A stretch of DNA of 61,825 nucleotides, counting the filler, from Choristocarpus tenellus KU-1152 (Eukaryota; Protista; Phaeophyceae): assembly GCA_964200185.2 (NCBI GenBank). It is 13 parts of 13 records of this genome, joined end to end, with 100 filler letters (N's around TTAATTAATTAA, not from the genome) between each part and the next. Parts side by side here need not be neighbours in the genome. Positions count along the whole stretch, not along the records: positions 1 to 5,561 come from CAXNAD020010425.1; positions 5,662 to 9,062 come from CAXNAD020020285.1; positions 9,163 to 12,822 come from CAXNAD020018668.1; 10 more parts are not named here. One strand, 5' to 3'. The position numbers and the translations under genes are program-made. Below, one piece after another: positions 1-10,850 of this stretch (the first letter of the stretch is position 1; each line of letters opens with the position of its first letter). The notes beneath the pieces were generated by a model. It worked only from the letters and a program-made list of their open reading frames with translations, had not been told where the DNA came from and made no database searches.

Positions 1-44
1 GTGAAAAACGGACGCCGACACCCCCCCCTCAGATGCTTTGACCC
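1..44 (+). mobile_element. Right TIR of MITE family B-like element at contig start
   Basis: ccccccctcagatgctttgaccc matches the family B right end cccccagatactttga[g/c]cc. Confidence 0.65.
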
Positions 45-1211
45 TTGGGAATCTATAATTTACAGACACTACCCTTTGTCACACACAAACACATTCAAAA
101 CTCGACCAAACCTTTCGACCAAAGGAAGGTACACTTCCGTCTTGGTTTTAATGATCAAAGACTGTTCCGCTTGTTTCATGCTAATATTTCTCATAAACAT
201 TCATACTTTGATCAAGCTTATATCACTGTCGCATTGTAGCTCTGGAACACCTATCCTTTGCGTCAAACTGTCACATCCTTACATGCCTGCACGTTATACG
301 TACATCCAACATTAGGCGTGCGTCTGTCAACAGATTGTTTTCCTAATGGTTTGTTTCACAATTTTTGCATAAAGGGTTTCACTTTAGTGTCATCTGTCAA
401 GGAATCGGTCACATTAAGCCAAAACCAAAGTAATTTATTATTTGATGACACTAAACGATGAATCTCTATTCTCCATACTTCCCACGCCCACAAACATGTG
501 CATACAACCAGGCACATGTAATGCATTGTTGATGCTATCCTTGTAACCAAATCGACTGAAATCCGTGACATGACCCACCCCTCACGCGCATGGACAGTCG
601 TCAACCGAACCCACTAACCACAACACTACCCTCATGTGGACATGTTCCAAAAAAACAACCTAGTCCCTGAACAAACCTTTTCCCTAACCCTTTCCACCTC
701 CAGCATATCCCTCGCTTACCCCAACCAAACCCCCCTGAATACCAGATTATTGACCAACGCCTACGTGAAGAAGTTCTTGATGTCATACCTGAGCATATTT
801 AAACCAATTACACAATTTGATCCCTTGAATTTAAAAGCCCAAATAAGAAATTACAATATTCATCACCGTATATCAAAAGATAAATAGTAATTTAACTCGA
901 ACTGATCTGACTAATTCAAAACCCCATTAATCATGCTTCTTCACAATGGATGTAGACAAATGTTCAAATCAAGAAGCGCAAACCACCAGTTAACCCTAAT
1001 CAATGACATTTTTTTCCAATACTTCATGAGCAAAAGCACGTGAACATGGGCACTTCACCATAATATACCTAAACCAACAATTTGTTTTCATTAATTCAAG
1101 TCCAATTCAAAAATCCTCAACGCAGTGACAGCATATTTTGTTGGACTTACCCTAACACGACTATAACTAAGTGTAATCCACACACATATCTACGAAATAC
1201 AACAACCTTCA

Positions 1212-1305
1212 ATCCCCCGCGTATAAGCTAGTTACCAAAATATCGTGATATGGTAAAATGGACCCCAAATGGACACCCGCCCCCCCCCCCCAGATACTTT
1301 GACCC
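1212..1305 (+). mobile_element. 3' half of MITE family B
   Basis: aaaatatcgtgatatggtaaaatggaccccaaatggac...ccccagatactttgaccc aligns with 9960-10044. Confidence 0.75.
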
Positions 1306-2681
1306 ACCAGATGGACAGAAAGAGGGTCGACTCACCTCTTCAATGAGTTAGAGTGATGACAGATTATCCCTTAGATCTCCCACAAGAGTGGAGGTGATGA
1401 GTGATCGAAGGGTATGTTCGTATTGTCCATTTTTCTTGTGGTTTCAAATCGAAACTAGAGGAAGGAACAATACAAATATGTTATCCTTGCATTCAAAGAA
1501 TTGTGATTTTCCTCTTCAAAGAAAGGGGAAATTTATGAGAAATACGAGTTTTGTGAGTATGAAAATCCTCAAACTGGTGAAGAAGGGTTGTCAAGTCAAG
1601 TTTAGAACATCGTCCATAGATATACGGGTGAATCCGAATGTTTTGATTATGTAAAATTTGGATCACTGAAGTAAGGGCGGGGAAGTGAATCACCAGCAAA
1701 GGCGAACAGACCAAGAGGAACCGAACCGTAGGGAGAGGATGACTTTAAGGTTGGATAAGCGTAAGACTTCCAAGGCTTGAAATTGTGGACTGTTGAGAAT
1801 CTCATGACAAACGGATGATCACACATCAAAATAATCAAAATGTGACAAGACACAGAATCTTCCATTTGCGACATCCCCAATTTAAAAAAATTCCATCAAT
1901 TGTCACATTGATCTCTTGAAAAATTCCACTCCTCAAGTATTCAATTTTTTATGCCCTCCAAAATTTTTCTACAAAAAAAGAATAGCGTTTGCACAAAATG
2001 AAATTCACCATCGGAAAGTTTCATCACCCATTTTCTACCCATAATGAAATTTCTCATTTCTAGTTCGAAACAAAGTGAAAAGCATAATGCCCTCGGTAAG
2101 ACCCTCGGGGCAACACTCAAAGGTTTGATGATCTCACAGAGGAATTATCCAATCAAAGTGACCAATTCGCATTTGTTTTAGTCAACCAAAATGCTACAAA
2201 AAGCTACATTGTACAAGGACAAGACTCACAATGGCTTGGGTACTATAGGAGATACGCGTGTTATGTTTGCTAGCATGTCACACCCTTTCGCTACCTCTGC
2301 CGAAACCCTGATCGTTAGGCAGGAACTAGGACTACCTCGCCAGAACAGGACATCCATGCACGATGAGGTATCAAGTCAAACTTCACTGCCACACCAATGT
2401 CAACATTGTACTGGCAACCCTCGTACCGATGCTTCAACCTGCTTTAACCCAGAACTCCTCGCCCGCTGTTTGTGCTGCCGTAAACACACAACCTACTTCG
2501 GTTCCTGCGAAATATAAAGCTCGTTCATTCCACAAAGCAATGCATCAAAACCCGTTCGACCAGTCACATCCGTTCCCCATCCTGTGCTTCGATCCCCACT
2601 AGCTTTAGCGACAGACAGGGCGAGCAATAGAAGTCGACACCATTCGGACAAAGACCTACCTTCATCGCTCAATTCACTGAG

Positions 2682-2854
2682 GAATGTCCAGGGAAGGTTC
2701 GAAATAGACGAAACCTAATACGGGCTACAGCAGACTGCTATTTCGTCAAGGAGCGCCCACTAACCGTGAATGTCCAGGGAAGGTTCGAAATAGACGAAAC
2801 CTAATACGGGCTACAGCAGACTGCTCTTTCGTCAAGGAGCGCCCACTAACCGTG
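2682..2854 (+). repeat. Near-perfect tandem duplication, 86 bp x2
   Basis: gaatgtccagggaaggttcgaaatagacg...cccactaaccgtg begins at 2682 and at 2768, with one mismatch. Confidence 0.95.
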
Positions 2855-3492
2855 GTAAAGATGGTTTGGATTTACCGATCACCTTCGGGTGGATTTCATT
2901 TTGTGCAATCTGATCTTCGTAGTGGATTTTCTTGTCGCTGTTATACAAATTTGGATAATATATTTCATTTTGCGCAAACTGTGAATCGTGTGATTCTGTG
3001 GCGATGCGGCTTACTGAGGTAAGGGTGACGAAGAGAATTACCGGGCAAGACAGACCAGAGGAACAAAGACGAACCGTAACCAAAGGTACCAGGTTAAGGT
3101 TGGACAAGTGCAAATTGAGGAGTGATGAGCATCTTCAAAGATCGGGCTTCATCACCACAAGTCAAGACGTGAGAACAAAATGGATCTTTCATGTGTGACA
3201 ACTCTGAACGACGAGCTGTCACAAGTCTGTGGGATTGGTCTCGTGAAGAGATTCCATGGTTTCATTCTGACTGAAGGTCCGCCAGTGGAATGAATTATGG
3301 ATGCTTGACAAGGAACCTCAATCGGTACAACGGTACAACGGTGCAACGGTATATATCATACGGTAACAACAGTATAACAACCAAAAGGCATGCTTTCCAC
3401 AAAACATGCTAATGAATACCAAAATTCTCACATAGTGGAGGGAGAGGAACTAGAGGATTTAGAACAAAACTCAAATCCCGGCTATGCTAAAT

Positions 3493-3749
3493 GAGTGAAA
3501 GTATCTTAAAGGGTACGAATTTTGCCCTCTTTGTCCATTTGGGGCTTGGTTTCCATTGGGGTTCGTATGACATTTTCCTACTCGAAAAAATTCAGAGCAG
3601 GTAAAATGTATATGCTATGAAAAGGTGTGTCCAGAACAAGGATATTGGCACTCCCTAACAAACACGATAGACAAAATTACATCGAAATCGCAACATTGGA
3701 TTTTGGTCCCCAAATGGACGCGGCTCTACCCTCTAAGATACTTTGGCTC
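3493..3749 (+). mobile_element. MITE family A (~257 bp), 23-bp TIRs
   Basis: gagtgaaagtatcttaaagggta ... taccctctaagatactttggctc; interior homologous to four other full copies. Confidence 0.9.
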
Positions 3750-3799
3750 TGACACAAAGGAGTAGTGCTGTAAGAGTGTACCAGGGAGGTATGACAGGT

Positions 3800-4350
3800 A
3801 GTCACTATGCCGACTCTCGAAGAGTCGGACATATTCTACCAGGCATATTGGCACCAATCCCACGCGGACTATTCTGGGCTATTGTTTTCTTTCTGCAAGA
3901 TGGTGCATGCATCTGTAAAAGATAAATCGTACTGTGTGAAGTGCAACAAGAGTAATGATGGTGATTCTTCGGAGTGACAATTATGTCTCCGTGCTTTGTG
4001 TTTTTCCCAAAGCACCCAGAGGTTGTTGGCATTCAAATACGTGTTGGTCATGTTCTCTGCTTCCGAAAACATCTTAAGCCGTCTCATCTAATCCCTTATA
4101 CAGGAAGTAGGGAGATTCCGACTGACTGTGCATGGATCTTTCACCACGGTAGATGAAATTTGTCTATAGACCACAACATTTTCTTATCTGGAGATTTTAG
4201 GCATCTAATCGTTTTTGTATTCCACCCAGTGGACCACACAGACAAGTAAACTAATACTGCATAACTGCAAACCTTGCAAATATATTCTAGTATTTTCGTG
4301 TGAAGTATGGTGCTGGGTTTTTTTCTCTCCTCCTGGGGGTTTCCACAGGA
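3800..4350 (-). pseudogene. Decayed ORF fragments, possibly a MULE/FAR1-type zinc-finger transposase N-terminus
   Basis: YICKVCSYAVLV...WSIDKFHLPW pattern loosely resembles MuDR N-terminal Zn fingers; interrupted by stops and frameshifts. Confidence 0.25.
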
Positions 4351-4389
4351 AAATGTGTAAAACTGCACTTCCACTGCATACCAGAAACC

Positions 4390-4800
4390 ACAAGAGGCTT
4401 CTGAATCGAACCAACTGAGAGGTAGGCAGGTTTGCATTTTATTTAAGGATACAGAGAAAGGACAAAAGGATGTCATTTTGCACAATTGCAGGAGGGGCCT
4501 TTGCTGAATTTTAGTGTCACTTTGCGTGTCGAAAGGGGGAATATCAATTTTGTGTACACTATTGTACAAATAAAGGAGTGAAAAGGAGTTTACTGCACAA
4601 GGTTAAGAAAGATGGCTTAGAATGCAGAAAGATCCAAACTACCTACTTCTCGGTTGGTTTGGCTCTTCTTTCCTCCCAAGTTCACCCATCTCTAATTTTT
4701 GAAGGTGTGTCGTCGAAGTTATGCCAGCAATATATTATACTAAGTTTTAGTGGTAGAGGAGGTTGCAACACAAGGATATACTATTCAACTTATCGAGATC
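4390..4800 (+). mobile_element. Degenerate copy of SINE-like family 2
   Basis: Colinear with 15625-16070 (gggaa.gtcaattttg.gtacactatt; aagaaagatggcttag; cctac..ctcg.ttgg). Confidence 0.65.
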
Positions 4801-5561
4801 AAACTTTTCGAAGGGGGGCTGTTGTTGAATTCTAAGGACTCCTCTGACCTTCTGATGGCAAGTGTTTTTAGATCTCTAGTAGGGTTCATACATACCTTTG
4901 GAGAGCATTTCGGCTGTCTTGCGAGTACATTCAGCATGCAGAAGCATTTTTTTTCCGCATGGAGGCCCTTCTTTAAAGTCTATCGTCCTCCTTCAACAAA
5001 GTTGAAACATTCCTGGAACCTCATTTGCCCCAAATACATATGTCCCTCTCAGTCATTTCAACGCTGACTCTGTAATATACAGGCGTTTCTACAGGTGGTT
5101 TGAATATTTTTTGTTTTACTTTTGTTTCCTGTCTCTCCCGTCCTGGCACTGTGCTTTGAAATACTCAGAGGGAGAAGTACATAAACCTGTACCAGTTCAT
5201 ACAGGTGGTCCTAACTTCTGGGAACGGGAGGTATGTTTCGATCAGATAGTGACAAAAACACGGAGGAACATCTCCGGCGCAATTTTGAAGGTCACAACTT
5301 CAAAACGGACAAAATCGAAGTGGTTGACTAAACTCCCCACAAAACATTGATGCGAGTTAGGCCGCTGCCCAAGTTTGGCGCGTGTGGTGATACCGAAAAA
5401 CCCTCCAAGATTTGCGGACATCGTTTTAGCACCATTTGCAGACAGGCATTGAGCACACACACACGTGACCCACACAGCAACATGAACCACCGCGGTGAGA
5501 CAAGGAGAGCCGCCAAGAACAGCCGATTTCAAAAATTGAGGATGGAGCTTTTCATTGAGGA

Positions 5562-5661
5562 NNNNNNNNNNNNNNNNNNNNNNNNNNNNNNNNNNNNNNN
5601 NNNNNTTAATTAATTAANNNNNNNNNNNNNNNNNNNNNNNNNNNNNNNNNNNNNNNNNNNN
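5562..5661. other. Artificial contig-joining spacer (N44-TTAATTAATTAA-N44); also at 9063, 12823, 16416, 20769, 25904, 30682, 38237, 46727, 49852, 54410 and 57314
   Basis: Identical 100-nt block occurs 12 times; TTAATTAATTAA gives stops in all six frames. Confidence 0.98.
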
Positions 5662-5673
5662 GTTGGGGTGGGT

Positions 5674-5712
<39 letters not shown>

Positions 5713-5888
5713 CAGGCAACACCGTCGATAAAACAATTAAGAAATAATTGATATTGCACGTCTGCAGTCAACCACACATACATACTACAGGATGAATAGT
5801 TCGACACAGGAATATCTCGCAACTGCTGTAACCCAACTAGAAGAGGAGTAGAGTACGACAATCCCACCAATTTCTACAATTCTCTCAC

Positions 5889-6675
5889 CTGCTGGTACAT
5901 TTTGTGGATATCTGCGATTGACACATCTTTCTTCTTCCTCTGTCGCTTGATAGCTTCTTGGAGCTTGTGCTGAAAATATATCTTATCGTATAATGTGCGC
6001 TCAGCCACACTCTCTGTCGCTTCGTTGAATGCTGTAAGCATAGCGGTGCAGTGGGCGAACGGGACAAGGGTTAGGTGGGGAGCGATCGCGGGACACATGC
6101 GGCCTGCGGCACCGAGAAACATGTTGCTGTGGACAGGAATACCACGATGGATAAAAATGACGAGGAAAGAAAAGGACCACAATGGACTTACTGTCAATGA
6201 ACATAGCAAGGCAAACTCGACAACAACTTAATATATCTGAATAGTCATCAGGCGATTATGGAACAACAAAAACACTCCGTCACTCACCGTTGGCAATTAG
6301 CCTCTCTTCTGTTTGGTTGAACTCTATGTAGATCCGCATGGTTAAAGTGCGCTCGGGATTAAACAATCTCTTCAGCACCGTTATCCTATGGTTTCCGCCC
6401 AATACTCGCCCTTCGATGGCAAGCACTGTTTCGTCGTTAAGATGGTCCACATTGCCTAAGCCTTCTCGCTGTACGACAACACTCAGGGCGAACTGGTCCA
6501 GCCAGCCTTTATCATTTATGGATTTAGTCACGCGCTCTAGGCCCCGCCCACTCAGGGGACGCACCATATCCGTGCATGTAATATTCCCCAGCTTCATTTT
6601 GAATGACCCCAGATAGTGATCATCCAATAGCCGGGACATGCTAGCTTGGCGTAGGTCCTGGCTTCTGGGTTCCAA
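5889..6675 (-). CDS. Intron-containing ParB/Sulfiredoxin-like domain protein (5' part, possibly a pseudogene); exons ~6675-6287 and ~6032-5889, continuing toward the contig end
   Basis: VRPLSGRGLERVTKSINDKGWL...V...RVLGGNHRITVLKRL fits the ParB N-terminal pattern; gtgagt donor and ttacag acceptor join LIAN|AFNEATESVAERTLYDKIYF in frame; second donor cag|gtgag. Confidence 0.65.
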
Positions 6676-7433
6676 ACCTTTCCCATCGGCAGGCGGGTGG
6701 GTTGTTGTTCTTGAAATGTTGGATATGACAAAGATTGGGTTAGTGTGATGGGGATGGGTAAGTAAGAGGTCTGCTTGGTATCTACGGAAGGGAGTGAATT
6801 GAAATGAGGACTGAGGGATGGTAGGTGCTGTTTTATGTGGTCTGACCTTTCGATCCTAAAAACTTAGATTGCACATTTTTGATGAGGTTTGCGTAACAAA
6901 AATACGAATATCAAACAGCATATGATTTCGTATTGAACTGAGACAGAGGGTGTCCGTATTTTCGTGACCCTTTCGGCCTACTATCACGTTTTGAACGTAT
7001 GAGATCAATAACGAATGTGGTTTGTATCTGTATTTGTTGGTGTAAAGATTAGACTATCATTCTACTTTTGGAAAAACCCTACTGCACATGTTCTGAGTGT
7101 TCAACGGTATTCATGGTTACTGGTAAGAAGGAATACGATAGAGTCGCTTATTTATGCTACATATGGTTTAAATAAACTCTAAACACACCACCAAGTTGGA
7201 ATGACCTCTTAGGTTCTGAAATTGAAACGTTTGAGACTCCTCAAGTTCGTCCTTAGGGTTTACACGGTCTTTAGTGGCTTAGGGTTTATTTAAACCCTAA
7301 CGCACTTGTAAAGTGGCGTGTACCGAATGCATGATTAGTGGTGCGCACGTTTACAAAACCTGACTATTATTTTCGACAAATACATTTATATCGCTGTATG
7401 ACTCAGAGCAAGTTAAAGGTTAGGGTCGAGTCT

Positions 7434-7694
7434 GAGTGAAAGTTTCTTAGAGGGTACGAGTTTTGCTCTGTTTCGCAATTTGAGGCTTGGCTTCCGGTGG
7501 GTTTCGTTTTGACACTTTCCTATTCCAAAACGTTTTGGAGTAGTGGGTAAAATGTAATGTTATAGAAAACTGTGTCCAGAACATGAACATTGATACTTCA
7601 TAACAAACAAGATGACCAAAACTATGTCCAAAACTATATGTTGGATTTTGACTCCCAAACGGACGCGACTCTACCCTCTAAGATACTTTGGCTC
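7434..7694 (+). mobile_element. MITE family A, flanked by a possible 3-bp TSD (tct)
   Basis: Both TIRs present; tct at 7431-7433 and 7695-7697. Confidence 0.9.
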
Positions 7695-7704
7695 TCTGTT
7701 TGTT

Positions 7705-7906
7705 GTGTATTTGGGGCAAATTCAAATGCTGCGATTTTGATTAATTTTGGGCTGTTGTGTATGTTAGGAAGTGTCAATATCCTTTTTCCATACACACCTA
7801 CTCTAAATTATTCAGGAATAGGAAAACGTCTTGAACAAAAACGTGTGATGCCAACCCCCAAACGGACAAACAAGGCTAAAAACCTACCCTCCAAGATACT
7901 TTCACT
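7705..7906 (-). mobile_element. Older, degenerate MITE family A copy, inverted relative to 7434-7694
   Basis: gttaggaagtgtcaatatcc and taccctccaagatactttcact are reverse complements of the family A interior and left TIR. Confidence 0.8.
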
Positions 7907-7994
7907 AATCATATCTGATTCGATAAGTTGCTGGACTTCAATTACGTAGAGGGCTGGGGTTGTTTTTTGTCTAAACCTGGTTGCTGTAAGGTGG

Positions 7995-8615
7995 AAACAT
8001 ACAAGATAAAATAAGTATGTGATTGATATCTTCAAAAATACAAATCACTCCTGATATAATTGTATTTTGTAGAAATATAATTAACGGGAATTATCTGATT
8101 TACAACCTCTTCTGAAAATGTGACGCACGGATTTTTCAATTTCGGTGGGATCGAAAGGGTGGTTCCACTGACACCCCGAGGATGAAACAAAGTTGACTTC
8201 GGAACATTGGAGTAGACAATAACAATGAAGAATGTGTTTGGTATCTTCAAAAATACCAACACCGATACATTTGGAATTTCCAATAATATACATCACGGAC
8301 ATAATCTGATTTACAACTTCTGAAAAATGTAACGCACGGATTTTCAGGATCGGTGGGATTTAAAGGGTGATCTCACCGACCATGAAAAGAATAAAACAAA
8401 GTTGATTTCGGAACATTGAAAATATACGATAACAATTAATTATGTGATTGGTATCTTAAAGACTATAAACCACTGATATAATTGGATTAAAAAAAAATAG
8501 AAATCACGGATATAATCTACCCTACAACTTCTGAAAAATGTAACGCACGGATTTTCAGGATCGGTGGGATCGAAAGGGTGGTCTCACCGATCATGAAAAG
8601 GATAAAACAAAGTTC
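7995..8615 (+). repeat. Tandem array, ~210 bp x3
   Basis: atctgatttacaac(c)t.ctgaaaatgt.acgcacggatttt.a..tcggtgggat recurs at ~8094, ~8304 and ~8514. Confidence 0.9.
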
Positions 8616-9449
8616 ATACGCTCGTCTTCAAATCTAATAACTCCTATACCTTCTCACTACTGTCCAAGACAGCCTGTTGCTCGAAAAGGCCATGCCAGTT
8701 ACTTCCACAGCAAGGGGGTGGCTTGTGTTGCCTACGTCTCCCCCCGCATTTCCCCCACACCAGCCCGCCAACAATGATGCACTGGAGCTTCATATCAATG
8801 ACGCTTCAGCGACCGGCGCCAAGCTTTGATCGGGGTGAGTTGAACCCATCCCAGTCAACGAACAGGATGATGAGTGCTGCACGCACTTAGCCTGTGTGCA
8901 GAAGTTCGCGGCAGATGGTGAGTCCTTCCTTGCACGCACCTTGGCCAAAGAGCAGGACATCATACGGGCGTGTGACAACCGCCAAGATCGCAAGGAGTTC
9001 GTTAGCGAGCGTGTACCTGTGGTTAAGTTGGGACCTGGATGTGGATCTATGCTCGCGGCCGGNNNNNNNNNNNNNNNNNNNNNNNNNNNNNNNNNNNNNN
9101 NNNNNNTTAATTAATTAANNNNNNNNNNNNNNNNNNNNNNNNNNNNNNNNNNNNNNNNNNNNAGTGTAAATGCACTTTTCCTGATTTTGGAACAAATAGA
9201 CACCCTGGTGTAGACCCCCCCCGCGCCCCCCAGATACTTTGGGTCAGGACCAATCCCACTAAGGAAGAAGACAACTAAATGTTGAACTTAATGAATAAAG
9301 AAATCCAATTAACCATGCAGAAATAGAAATCCAAACAAGAAACTACCGCACATAGGCCTAAAAGTCCAGCAAAGCTCCTGCATATTTCCAAAAAGGCTCC
9401 TATGCAAGAAAGTTCGTGGACACATCTGCATGCTGCTCATCTGAGGAGA

Positions 9450-10850
9450 TGAATTATCTTGATTTGTCCCCCTGCCACCAAGTCCTCTAAAAGCGATGTC
9501 TCATGCCCATGTGCTTTCTCCTGCCTGAACTCAGGGGGTTGTTAGCCAAGGAATGGCCACTGTATTGTCCTCATACATCATGTAGCCGGCCATAGCAGGT
9601 CGTACACACTTCACACAGCTCACCATGGTTATGTACTCTATCTCTGCAGTGGATTGTGCAGTGGCACGTAGGTCCTAGAGAACCAAGCAACTGCTGCTCC
9701 CCAACACTTTACCTCACCTCCTGACATAACGTCTATCAATGGTCTCATTAGTGAAGTCAGCACCAGCGTATGCTGCCAAGTTCAGTCCCACCCCATTCTT
9801 ATTGTCAAGGTCCAACTCTAGGCACTTCAGAATCTGGCTAACAGCTCTCCATTACACATTGCTCGGAGCATGAGAGGCTCAAAGTATCTGGGGGGGGGTC
9901 TATACCAGGGTGCCCATTTGGGCCCTGACCAGGAGAAGTGCACTTACATTATCCATCCGACGTATGCAACCAAATTACCCAAAAATCACGACATGGAAAG
10001 TGGACCCCAAATGGACAGCCGCCACCCACCAGATACTTTGAGCCAGAATGACAGTCTACAGCTCTCAAAGCTTTGGTCACATCTCGACTCTTCATGTTGT
10101 TGACCCACAGTAATACTCCAACCGCCTCCCAATAAAGGGCATTTCTTCAACAGATCATTTCCCTCCCTGATTCCCAGTCTTTTGTAAGGGGCAACAGGGA
10201 TATGACTTTTTGATTGGGTAGAAAAACGATAAAATGAACTAGTAGTGTAGTTCATCTGATTGATGGAGAAGGTACCAAGTTTTCAGTCTCTTGTGCAAGT
10301 CCAGCCAGAAACTGGGACAATAGGCCAAGATTCTTGGTGGGAAACTCATCCTTCAGGGAGGCACAAAGATCATTGCAATGATCACCTGAAACCAGAACCA
10401 CGATATCGTCTATATGTACTGCAAGCATTACTTTGACAAGACCATCCCCCTGATCTAACAATACAAGGGTCAATCAGACACTCCTCAAAATCATTTTCCT
10501 TAAGGGTGGAAAACAGCTTGGTATTCCAAGTTCTTGAGACTTACTTTAGACCACACAGGTACCAGTGGAGGCGCATGATCATGTAAGAATGATCATCACA
10601 TCCCTGTTGGAGATGCATGTACACCACCTCATTTAGGTTAGATTGAACAAAAGACTGCTGTACATATAAGTGCTATTTTATCATGTTCAACTCACATACC
10701 ATACTGGTCATCAGCCAAACAGATGAAGGGGAAGATATAAGGGGAGAGGTCTTGAGATTGTCAAGGCCATACTCCTGACCAAGAACATGAGCAAGTAATC
10801 TAGCCTTAGCCCCATTAAACATCCCAAAAGAGTCCCTCCTCCCCTTGAAC
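9450..10850 (-). mobile_element. Decayed Ty1/Copia RT-RNase H
   Basis: MLAVHIDDIVV (YVDD-like), LKDEFPTKNLG, HSHAPS..WRAV.QILK, LAAYAGADF..DRR, AQSTAEIEYI motifs; many stops. Confidence 0.85.
9876..10044 (+). mobile_element. MITE family B (~169 bp) nested in Copia, 3-bp TSD (aga)
   Basis: ggctcaaagtatctggggg ... ccagatactttgagcc; removing it plus one aga restores the Copia codons CHSHAPS. Confidence 0.9.

Noticed and set aside
5562-5661. Recurrent TTAATTAATTAA palindrome as a biological repeat
   Set aside because: It is always centred in N-runs, so it is an artificial contig linker
7590-7949. ORFs with recurring LPNKHDSQNY / PSKIL peptides (also 18820-19261, 19841-20053)
   Set aside because: They are chance translations of MITE family A copies
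7995-8615. CRISPR-like array
   Set aside because: Whole ~210-bp units are homologous; there are no short repeats with unique spacers and no cas genes
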